Source of the DNA: Terrimicrobiaceae bacterium
GTDB taxonomy: Bacteria > Verrucomicrobiota > Verrucomicrobiia > Chthoniobacterales > Terrimicrobiaceae
Assembly (NCBI GenBank): GCA_041752695.1
Contig: JBGSVZ010000005.1
Span: 43,126 to 107,125, forward strand
Direction: 5' to 3'
Length of the DNA: 64,000 bases
Part shown: positions 56,518-64,000 of the stretch, piece after piece
How the letters are laid out: every line of letters begins with the position of its first letter
How positions within the stretch are numbered: position 1 is the first letter of the stretch
Notes under the pieces: generated by a model
Seen by the model: only the letters and a program-made list of their open reading frames with translations
Told to the model about the DNA's origin: nothing
Databases searched by the model: none
Program-made: the position numbers and the translations under genes

Positions 56518-58749
56518 GTGGGAGAGACTGTATCGAAGCCGAAATTTCGCTGGCTGAAGCGCCTTGTCATGGCGCTGGGTCTGCTGACGGTTGTTGGTCT
56601 CATCGCGGTGGCCTTGGTCGCGTGGGTTGTGGTCTATCCGAAGTATCTGGATTTTCAAAAAACCGCGGATTCCTTTGACCTGGCGGAGTTGCATGCGATC
56701 CCGGCGATCTCTGAGGTTTTCGACGCAAGTGGACAGCGCTACAGTCGCCTGGAGGGTGAGGTGAGGTATGTCGTGCCTTTCGACAAAATCTCGCCGAACT
56801 TTATCAATGCCGTGATCGCGCGGGAGGACTCCCGCTTTTACGAACACCGGGGCGTGGACTTCAAAGGCATCGCCCGGGCTGTCCTGAAAAACCTCCAGGC
56901 CGGCGGCGTGGAGGAAGGGGCCAGCACGATCACGCAGCAATTGGCGCGCAATACGTTTGCGCTGGATGAAAATCGCTGGCGGCGAAAGGTCATTGAGGCG
57001 CTGCTGGCCTTGCGCATCGAAAAGAATTTTTCCAAGGCACAGATCCTGGAGGCGTATGCCAACCGCATCTATTACGGTCGCGGATTGTATGGGGTGGAAA
57101 CGGCGTCTCGGGCGTGTTTTGGAAAAACGGCGGCCGAGCTTTCCCTCTCGGAAGCAGGAATCCTCGCGGGTTTGATTCGCAGTCCCAACCGGCTGAGTCC
57201 CTTGGAGAGGACCGCCACGGCGCTACGCGAGCGCGACCAGGTGCTCGTCCGCATGGAGGAGATGGCGATGATCACGCCGGAGGAGGCGAAGGCGGCCCGC
57301 GCCGAAAAGATGCCTCTGGGCAAGCGCCTGCCTCCCGTGAGCCAGAAAGACTATGCGATGGACGCGATGATGCGCGATTTGAACATCGTGCTCGCGCCGG
57401 ATGTGATCGAGCGCGGCGGGCTGAAAATTTATATCACGATCGACCGTCGCCTGCAGTTGCTGGCGGAGGATGCGGTGGAAAAGCACCTGGCCGAAATCGA
57501 ATCGGAGAAAGGGTGGCCCCATCCGACTCGTGAGACTTCCCTGGCGCTCCCGGAACCCGCGCAGGCCGCGACGGAGAGTCCGTATGTGCAGGGCGCACTT
57601 CTGGCGATTGATAATCAAAATGGCGGTATCCTTGCCATCGTGGGTGGGCGGGATTTTAAGCATAACCCCTATAATCGCGCTCTCCTTTCCATGCGGCAGA
57701 TCGGCTCGACCTTTAAGCCGTTTGTTTACGCCGCGGCCTTTCAACGAGGCATGGTACCGGGAACTCTGGTCGACGATGGACCGATTGTCGCCGGGGACAT
57801 CGCGGGTCTGGAAACCACCTGGTCGCCGAAAAATTCCGATGGGAGAAATGAGGGTCTCCAACCCGCTTCACTGGGATTGATCCGGTCGCGTAACACCATG
57901 ACCGTCCGAGTGGGCGAATATGCCACGCGTCGGGCCGTGCATGATCTGGCGGTGCAGGCGGGGTTGCAGGACGTTCCCGACATGCCCGCGATCTATCTGG
58001 GGGCATTTGGCACCACTTTAAAGAGTCTGGTCGGTGCCTACACGATGTTCGCCAACAATGGCGTTCGCAAACAGCCTTACATCATTGACCGGATTGACGA
58101 CCGTACCGGCAGGACCATCTACAAGGCATCGCGCGGGGAGTTGAAATGTCTGAATCCCGGCGTGAACTGGTTGGTCAACGAACTGCTACGCGATGTCGTG
58201 CGCAAGGGGACGGCTGCGGTCTCGGGATCACTCGGACTGAAGGTTGAGGCGGCGGGAAAAACCGGGACCACCGACGAGTATAAAGACGCCTGGTTTTTGG
58301 GTTACACGACACGATTGACGTGTGGAGTGTGGGTGGGAATGGACCGTCCCCAGACGATTACGAACCGCGGATACGGCAGCGCGCTTGCCCTGCCCATCTG
58401 GGTGGACTTCATGCAGCAGGCGGCCAATTTTAAATACGAAGCCGCGCCGTTTCCCCGCTCCGAGCTTGCGGCAGTCCAGCTTTGCCGTTCGTCGGGAATG
58501 GTGGCGACGACATCGTGTCAGGAGGCTGGGACCGCGTATGATGTCGAGTTACCGAAGGAAACGGTTCCCACCGAATCCTGCGCGATGCATGGACCCACCT
58601 TTGTGGGGCTGGAGGAAAATTCCGGCACGCCCTTGGTGGCCGACAAGGAGGAGATTCCCACCGCACCCGCGGTCCCGGCGGAGTCGGCCAGTGGTCGTTA
58701 CAAAGTGATTCGCAAACAGAACGGATTTATTTTTCAGAACAGCCGCTGA
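56518..58749 (+). CDS. Class A penicillin-binding protein (PBP1A family)
   Basis: EDSRFYEHRG, GASTITQQL, STFK, SRN and KTG. Confidence 0.95.
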   Translation: MGETVSKPKFRWLKRLVMALGLLTVVGLIAVALVAWVVVYPKYLDFQKTADSFDLAELHAIPAISEVFDASGQRYSRLEGEVRYVVPFDKISPNFINAVIAREDSRFYEHRGVDFKGIARAVLKNLQAGGVEEGASTITQQLARNTFALDENRWRRKVIEALLALRIEKNFSKAQILEAYANRIYYGRGLYGVETASRACFGKTAAELSLSEAGILAGLIRSPNRLSPLERTATALRERDQVLVRMEEMAMITPEEAKAARAEKMPLGKRLPPVSQKDYAMDAMMRDLNIVLAPDVIERGGLKIYITIDRRLQLLAEDAVEKHLAEIESEKGWPHPTRETSLALPEPAQAATESPYVQGALLAIDNQNGGILAIVGGRDFKHNPYNRALLSMRQIGSTFKPFVYAAAFQRGMVPGTLVDDGPIVAGDIAGLETTWSPKNSDGRNEGLQPASLGLIRSRNTMTVRVGEYATRRAVHDLAVQAGLQDVPDMPAIYLGAFGTTLKSLVGAYTMFANNGVRKQPYIIDRIDDRTGRTIYKASRGELKCLNPGVNWLVNELLRDVVRKGTAAVSGSLGLKVEAAGKTGTTDEYKDAWFLGYTTRLTCGVWVGMDRPQTITNRGYGSALALPIWVDFMQQAANFKYEAAPFPRSELAAVQLCRSSGMVATTSCQEAGTAYDVELPKETVPTESCAMHGPTFVGLEENSGTPLVADKEEIPTAPAVPAESASGRYKVIRKQNGFIFQNSR

Positions 58750-58761
58750 TTTTCCTGGTCT

Positions 58762-59436
58762 CTACCACCAGGGATTCGGTTGTTTCTTGATATTCGGGCG
58801 GGGGAGTTTTTTGTTCAGCTTCTCATACGTGATGGCTTTGAACGAATACGTCGCGCCGGTGGACTCCGTGAGTTGCATCGCCCGCAGGCGGTAGTTCTCG
58901 TCGAAGGTGAAGGAAATCTTTTCCACCGAGATGGGGCCGAAGCGTTTGACGAAAAAGATCTCGGTGATGCCGCCGTGCGTGTGCATGTCCATCTGCATCA
59001 ATCCGGAAAAGAGCAGCGTCCGGAACCCGGCCCCTTTTTCCGCTTCCCGCAAAACGTCCCAGATAAAATTGAAGGCGGGCCGGTAGGGGGCGCCGAGCCA
59101 TTCGGATTTCACCACCGTGCTGCGGTCCCGATTATAGACGAAGAGAGCGAGGTTCTTGTTCCAGAAATAGAAGTCCCAGGGCTCGGGTTCGTCGCCCGTG
59201 GTGTTGTAGGCAAAGACGGCTCCTGTATTGCGGTCGAAACGGATCCGGGCGCCGCATTCCACGGGAGGTTTTCCAGGTTTTTTGATTGTGATGATGCCGC
59301 TGATGCGGAAGCGCGGCTGCTCCCGGAGAAACTCGCGGATGAAATCATCGGCTCCCGCCGCCTCGCCCTTGTCGTCCGCCTGGAGGGGAAAGAGCATCGC
59401 CGCAAAAAAAACGGCAGAAACCAGAAGGCGGAACAT
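58762..59436 (-). CDS. Hypothetical exported protein (possibly LolA-like fold)
   Basis: Signal peptide and beta-rich body; directly downstream of AI-2E. Confidence 0.65.
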   Translation of the reverse strand: MFRLLVSAVFFAAMLFPLQADDKGEAAGADDFIREFLREQPRFRISGIITIKKPGKPPVECGARIRFDRNTGAVFAYNTTGDEPEPWDFYFWNKNLALFVYNRDRSTVVKSEWLGAPYRPAFNFIWDVLREAEKGAGFRTLLFSGLMQMDMHTHGGITEIFFVKRFGPISVEKISFTFDENYRLRAMQLTESTGATYSFKAITYEKLNKKLPRPNIKKQPNPWW

Positions 59437-59451
59437 GAGATTCGGAGGCAC

Positions 59452-60537
59452 CTACGAAGGGCTTGCCACCTCTTCGTCTGTCGCTTCCTCATCGACCGTG
59501 TTTAACCACTCCCGCCACGTGGCGAATAGCAACGCCATCAATACCGGTCCCACGAAGAGTCCCACCAGGCCCATGGTTTTCACGCCGCCAATCAGCCCGA
59601 AAAAAGTCGGCAAAAACGGCAGCCGGATCGGCCCCCCCACCAGCTTGGGACGAAGGGTTTTGTCCACGATGAAAAGTTCCACCGAGCCCCAGATGAACAG
59701 GGCCAGTCCAGCCATCGGGCTCCCGCTGACCACGAGGTAGAGCGAGACCGAGGTGAAGGCCAGGGGAGCACCCCCGGGAATCATCGCCATAAAGCCCGTG
59801 ACCACACCCAGCAGAAAAGCCGAGGGAACCCCGGCCAGCTTGTAGGCGATACCGAGGATGATGCCTTCGCCGACCGCAATGATGGTCATGCCCGTGACGG
59901 TGGCGCTCACCGTGGCCGGAACGACCCGGGAGAAACGAAGCCAGCGCCGGGGAAGAATGCGCTCGCCCACCCGGTCAATCTGGGCCGCCATGGCCGAGCC
60001 GTCCTTGTAGATGAAGAACAGCGTGAGCATGACAAACAGCACATTCAGCACGAGGTTGAACGAATAGTTGCCGGTCGCGAGCATGAGCCGGTAGACACCG
60101 CCGATCTGTTCACCGCTGATGCTTTTCACCAGCTCCTCCAGGGCATTTGGTTTGCCCAGATAGACATGCCAGCTTTCCAGCAACCAGGGGCCGGCAAAGG
60201 GCACCGTGGCCAGCCAGGCCGGGGTGGGCAGGCCGTGTTTGTTAGCCTCCATCAACCAGCCAAACCAACTGCGAAACTCCGAGATCGAATAGGAAAGCAT
60301 GAACGCCAGCGGAATCACCAGAACCAGCAACACCACGAGCAGAGCAATGGTGGCGGAGAGGGCCGTCCGGCCGCCGCAGGCCCTGACCAGTCGACGGTAG
60401 AGCGGCCAGCTGGCAAATCCTATGATCAAGGCCGCCAGAACGGGAATCAGGAAGCCCTGAAAAAAATACACCCCCGCCAGCAGCATCAGCACGAGCAGCC
60501 AGCGTGCAATGGGATTCTCGGGGAGCATCGAGTTCAT
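59452..60537 (-). CDS. AI-2E family transporter
   Basis: Multi-TM; FFIYKDG, DKTLRPKLVG and GLVGLFVGPV. Confidence 0.9.
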   Translation of the reverse strand: MNSMLPENPIARWLLVLMLLAGVYFFQGFLIPVLAALIIGFASWPLYRRLVRACGGRTALSATIALLVVLLVLVIPLAFMLSYSISEFRSWFGWLMEANKHGLPTPAWLATVPFAGPWLLESWHVYLGKPNALEELVKSISGEQIGGVYRLMLATGNYSFNLVLNVLFVMLTLFFIYKDGSAMAAQIDRVGERILPRRWLRFSRVVPATVSATVTGMTIIAVGEGIILGIAYKLAGVPSAFLLGVVTGFMAMIPGGAPLAFTSVSLYLVVSGSPMAGLALFIWGSVELFIVDKTLRPKLVGGPIRLPFLPTFFGLIGGVKTMGLVGLFVGPVLMALLFATWREWLNTVDEEATDEEVASPS

Positions 60538-60583
60538 GGGATGGTTGAGAAAACGTTATCTGGCCCGAAAGCAAAGCCAATTT

Positions 60584-60784
60584 TTACCCTCCCGCCGCGA
60601 CCTTGAGAATCTCCAGGCGGTCGTCGGGATGCAGTTCCGTGGCCGGCCATTCCGAGCGATGCAGCGCGGTCCCGTTGTGTTCGACGAGCAGCATTTCCGG
60701 GGGCAGGCCGAGTTCCTCCACAAATCCGGTGACGGTGGAGGCGGCACTTTCCCGCCGTTCTCCGTTGACCAAAATCGTGGTCAC
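60584..60784 (-). CDS. thiS: Sulfur carrier protein ThiS
   Basis: VNGE, VEHNG and C-terminal GG; GTGA overlap with thiH. Confidence 0.9.
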   Translation of the reverse strand: MTTILVNGERRESAASTVTGFVEELGLPPEMLLVEHNGTALHRSEWPATELHPDDRLEILKVAAGG

Positions 60785-61893
60785 GCGGCGTTGAGGATGG
60801 CGGCGTCCCAATCTTTCCAGACGGGGTCGAGTCCGAGGTCGCGCAGGCGGGCGGCGACGATTTCGGGCGAGCGGTCGTCGGAGATGGCGAATTGTCCCTC
60901 CGCGCCCTCCCCGACCGCGGCGATCTGGCGTCCGCGCACGGTCTGGTGGAGGTTTTCTTTGCCCTGTCCGGTGTACCCCCCGGGTTCGGTGTGGCTGCCG
61001 GCACTCATCAGGGTGACACCGAGCGGCGCCGTTGCGTCGCGCAGCGCTGCTGGTTCACGCGTGCTCATGACGAGGCCGATCTGCGGGAAAGTGATGCGGA
61101 GGGCGCAGAGGAGTTGGATGAACTCGCGATCGGGCAGGGGATGGGTGGGTTCGAATTCGCCGGCGGCCGGACGTAGCCGCGGCAGGCTGACGGTGAGCTG
61201 CGCCTTCCAGCACGTCCGCAAGAGATATTCCAGATGCGCGGCCAGCGCGACGGCCTCTTCCTGCCAGTTCCATAGTCCAAAAAGCGCCCCCACGCCGACG
61301 CGGCGGAATCCGGCGTCGTAGGCACGTTCCGGGCAGTCGAGCCGCCAAAGGTAGTCCTTTTTGGGACCGGTGAGGTGCATCTCGGCATAGGTCGGTTCAT
61401 GATAGGTCTCCTGATAAACCACCAGCCCCTCCGCTCCGGCGGCGACCAACGGGAGATAGTCGGCGGTTTCCATCGGTGCCACCTCCAGACTCACGCTGGG
61501 GATGATCGGAGTGAGGCGGCGCAGGCAGCGCTCCATATAGCCGCCGGAGACGAATTTCGGGTGTTCGCCCGCCACGAGAAGGATGTTGCGAAATCCCTGG
61601 GCGGCGAGGTGTTCGGCCTCGCGGGCAACTTCGTCAAGTTCCAGCGTGACCCGCAGGATGGCGTTCTCGCGGGAAAATCCACAGTAGGCGCACGAATTGA
61701 TGCATTCGTTGGAGAGGTAAAGCGGGGCGAAAAGACGCATCGTGCGCCCGAAATACCGCCGGGTGAGGGTGGCGGATTCGCGCGCCATGCGCGAAAGCGC
61801 CTCGTCGGCGACCGGTGCCAGGAGGTCCTCGAAGCGGCGCAGGAGCGGGGATTTGTCCCGCAGCGCACGAGAGATGGCGGATGAGAAGGGCAT
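60781..61893 (-). CDS. thiH: 2-iminoacetate synthase (radical SAM)
   Basis: FAPLYLSNECINSCAYC, YQETY, SLPRLRP, STRE, SAGS.T.PGGY and PVWKDWD. Confidence 0.94.
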   Translation of the reverse strand: MPFSSAISRALRDKSPLLRRFEDLLAPVADEALSRMARESATLTRRYFGRTMRLFAPLYLSNECINSCAYCGFSRENAILRVTLELDEVAREAEHLAAQGFRNILLVAGEHPKFVSGGYMERCLRRLTPIIPSVSLEVAPMETADYLPLVAAGAEGLVVYQETYHEPTYAEMHLTGPKKDYLWRLDCPERAYDAGFRRVGVGALFGLWNWQEEAVALAAHLEYLLRTCWKAQLTVSLPRLRPAAGEFEPTHPLPDREFIQLLCALRITFPQIGLVMSTREPAALRDATAPLGVTLMSAGSHTEPGGYTGQGKENLHQTVRGRQIAAVGEGAEGQFAISDDRSPEIVAARLRDLGLDPVWKDWDAAILNAA

Positions 61894-62020
61894 GAACCGT
61901 AGATCATTCCACAAAACGCGCTGCCGTGTAGCGGAAAACGTCAGTTTTCCGAAAAATCCAGAGCTGAGGCCGTGGGGATTCCGTGAAAAGCAGAGGAGCC
62001 AACCTACGGCAGAACGGATT

Positions 62021-63649
62021 TCAGATCAGCGGCGGAATAGTTTTGGTGATCGGGATTTCCAAGACAGTCGGTCCGTTCCGCGTCCAGGCGCTGACAGCCT
62101 CCGCCTGAATCGCCTCAATCGTTTCCACGCGCACCGCTGTGCAGCCGTATCCGCGCGCGAGGGAGACAATATCAAGACCGGGGATATCGAATCCGGGTAC
62201 GCCCGGGGCTTGCTCAAGCACGGAGAAGGACTTCAGGATGCAATATTCCTCATTGCATAGCACAACGATAAGCATGGGGATCTGGAGATGCGCTGCCGTC
62301 CAGATCGACTGCACCGAATACTGGAACGAGCCGTCGCCGATGACCGCGAGCACAGGCCGGTTCCGTCCGCTGTCTCGTTCGGCAAGGGCGATGCCAACGG
62401 AAGCCGGCAGGTTCCATCCCAGTCCGCCGCTGGCAAAGGTGTAGAACGTGTCCGGTTCGGTGATCGGCCAGGCCTGGTGGAGAGCGGCCAGATTCGATGG
62501 ACTTTCTTCGACGAGGACCGTATGGGGCGGGCGGATTTCCTGCAGCGCGGCAAAGACTTCCGCAGCGGTGAGCGGGCCACCGGCGCTTGGTTCCTCTTGG
62601 GCGGGAGGATGCGGTGCCATTCGGTGCTCGACCCGGGTATGGGAGGCGGATGACTTCGGAGTGTGGTCCTCGATCAGCTTGGTTAGCGCGGCGAGGGAAA
62701 GCTTCGAGTCCCCAATCAGGCTGTCACCGACAGGCGCACGGGAGGTCTCTCCCGGATCGTCGGAGATGTGCAGCAGGCGCAGACCCGGTGGCAAGTAGGA
62801 TCCCTCGACATAGGGGTAATAGCGAAAGACAGGGGCTCCCACCACCAGTACCACATCGTGTCCCTCAAGTTTTTTGCTCAGAGGGCCAATGGCAAAAGGC
62901 AAGCCGCCCACATAGAGAGGATGATCCTCGGGAAACGGCGGAAGCTCACAGGCCGGTGCGGCCCAGACCGGGGCACCAAGCGCTTCGGCCAAGGCAATCG
63001 CGTCATTCCAGCCCTGCGAGCGGGCGATGGACGCGCCGTAGATGAGAGCCGGAGCCTCCGCTCGGCAGAGGATTTCGGCGAACTCTGCCAGGCGGTCGGG
63101 GTCGGGGGCCGTCCGCGTGGAGACGGACCGAATGATGGCCGGTCCGAGGGCCGGTTTTTCCCAATCGTCGAGCGGCAGGGAGAGGAAAACCGGGCCTGCC
63201 GGCGGTTGGAGGGCGGTGGCGATCGCCCGCATAAAAGCGGCAGGAACGTCCTCGGCGCGAGTCGGTTCATACGCCCATTTTACCCATGGCTTGGGCATCA
63301 AAGTCGGCTCGATGTTGGTGAGCCAGGGTTCCATCAGCAGCATCTCGCGGGTTTGTTGCCCGGCCGTGATGATCAGCGGCGTCTTATTCTGGAAAGCCGT
63401 CAGCAGCGTTCCCATGGCATTGCCGAGTCCGGCACCGGTGTGAACGTTGACCAGGGCGGGGCGGCGCGTGGATTGGGCAAACCCGTCCGCCATTCCGACA
63501 ACGGACGCTTCCTGCAGTCCCAAAATGTAGCGAAAATCGGAAGGAAAGTTCTTCAGGAACGTCTCCTCCGTTGAGCCGACATTGCCGAATATGGTTGTGA
63601 TGTCGAAGGCCCGAAGGAGGTCAAAAGTGACGTCGCGGATGGTTTTCAT
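62021..63649 (-). CDS. mdlC: Benzoylformate decarboxylase (ThDP-dependent)
   Basis: FGNVGSTE, LQEASVVGMADG, HTGAGLGN, ITAGQQ, SGGLG and GDGS...N; the ORF-track N-terminal extension is not part of the gene. Confidence 0.9.
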   Translation of the reverse strand: MKTIRDVTFDLLRAFDITTIFGNVGSTEETFLKNFPSDFRYILGLQEASVVGMADGFAQSTRRPALVNVHTGAGLGNAMGTLLTAFQNKTPLIITAGQQTREMLLMEPWLTNIEPTLMPKPWVKWAYEPTRAEDVPAAFMRAIATALQPPAGPVFLSLPLDDWEKPALGPAIIRSVSTRTAPDPDRLAEFAEILCRAEAPALIYGASIARSQGWNDAIALAEALGAPVWAAPACELPPFPEDHPLYVGGLPFAIGPLSKKLEGHDVVLVVGAPVFRYYPYVEGSYLPPGLRLLHISDDPGETSRAPVGDSLIGDSKLSLAALTKLIEDHTPKSSASHTRVEHRMAPHPPAQEEPSAGGPLTAAEVFAALQEIRPPHTVLVEESPSNLAALHQAWPITEPDTFYTFASGGLGWNLPASVGIALAERDSGRNRPVLAVIGDGSFQYSVQSIWTAAHLQIPMLIVVLCNEEYCILKSFSVLEQAPGVPGFDIPGLDIVSLARGYGCTAVRVETIEAIQAEAVSAWTRNGPTVLEIPITKTIPPLI

Positions 63650-63675
63650 CAGGATGGGTTTGGTGGTGGGGTTGG

Positions 63676-63772
63676 GATATTGCTGGCGCCGTCGCCGCCG
63701 GTCGGATCGTAGGGCCCCAGAGACCATGAAGGCTGCGTCCGAGGCAAGAAAAACAACCACGGGTGCGACATC
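63676..63772 (-). pseudogene. Frameshifted C-terminal remnant of a short-chain dehydrogenase
   Basis: DVAPVVVFLASDAAFMVSGA, then a frameshift to YDPTGGDGASNI; no N-terminal part is present. Confidence 0.7.
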
Positions 63773-63821
63773 CGAGGAAAATTCACTCGACCAGCGCGAC
63801 CGGGTGCGGAAGCATTGTTCG

Positions 63822-64000
63822 ATGATCCGACGTATCCTCCGGCTTGCCGTCGTGGTCGGGGTTGCCATGGCGACGGCGGCCCGGGCCGAAACTGATCTCT
63901 CGACGCGCTTGGAAGCGCTGCGGGCCAAATACCAACTGCCCGCCGTCGGCGCGGCGGTCGCGCGGGACGGCCGCATCGTGGCCCTGGGCGTCGCGGGAAC
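63822..64000 (+). CDS. Serine hydrolase, beta-lactamase family (5' part only)
   Basis: MIRRILRLAVVVGVAMATAARAETDLSTRLEALRAKYQLPAVGAAVARDGRIVALGVAG: a signal peptide plus a class-C-like N-terminus; the catalytic motif lies beyond the window. Confidence 0.65.
   Translation, partial: MIRRILRLAVVVGVAMATAARAETDLSTRLEALRAKYQLPAVGAAVARDGRIVALGVAG

Noticed and set aside
61894..62020. TPP riboswitch upstream of thiH
   Set aside because: The conserved CUGAGA and downstream aptamer motifs were not found on the coding strand by eye.
1..64000. tRNA, rRNA, prophage, IS or defence systems
   Set aside because: None recognised by eye; a covariance-model or HMM scan would be needed to exclude small or divergent elements.

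Overview
GC-rich bacterial chromosomal segment. Two PEP-CTERM proteins, a prepilin/H-X9-DG-like protein, a short RpoD-like sigma factor and the intergenic repeats suggest Verrucomicrobiota; this is an inference. In order, the window holds: a partial M20 peptidase; an RND efflux pair coupled to an OprB-like porin, then HdeD; a PEP-CTERM gene; an SLC13/TrkA-C permease; a sigma-70 factor; a photolyase; and an AraC-centred glycan locus (prepilin-like protein, GH1, GH74-like propeller, PEP-CTERM). Next come serS-tilS-Mpv17-like, a DnaJ-class chaperone, a block of unexplained exported proteins with SUI1 and an L,D-transpeptidase, an FAD oxidoreductase/AraC/gnd group, and a near-complete urate-to-oxalurate cluster containing an extra SGNH-like gene. 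The last third has a lipid A acyltransferase, modE-modA-modB with a ModE box, an ABC exporter, rnhB-rplS, a Tat carbonic anhydrase, a PP2C sensor with a PLP enzyme, a three-gene phospholipid cassette, PBP1A, AI-2E, thiH-thiS, mdlC with an upstream SDR relic, and a partial serine hydrolase. I saw no rRNA, tRNA, CRISPR array, transposase or integrase. The best candidates for undescribed biology are the pilin-like/PEP-CTERM glycan locus, the RND-plus-porin operon without TolC, the orphan envelope block at 26-33 kb and the SGNH gene inside the uricolytic operon. All product calls come from motif recognition by eye; no database searches were run.
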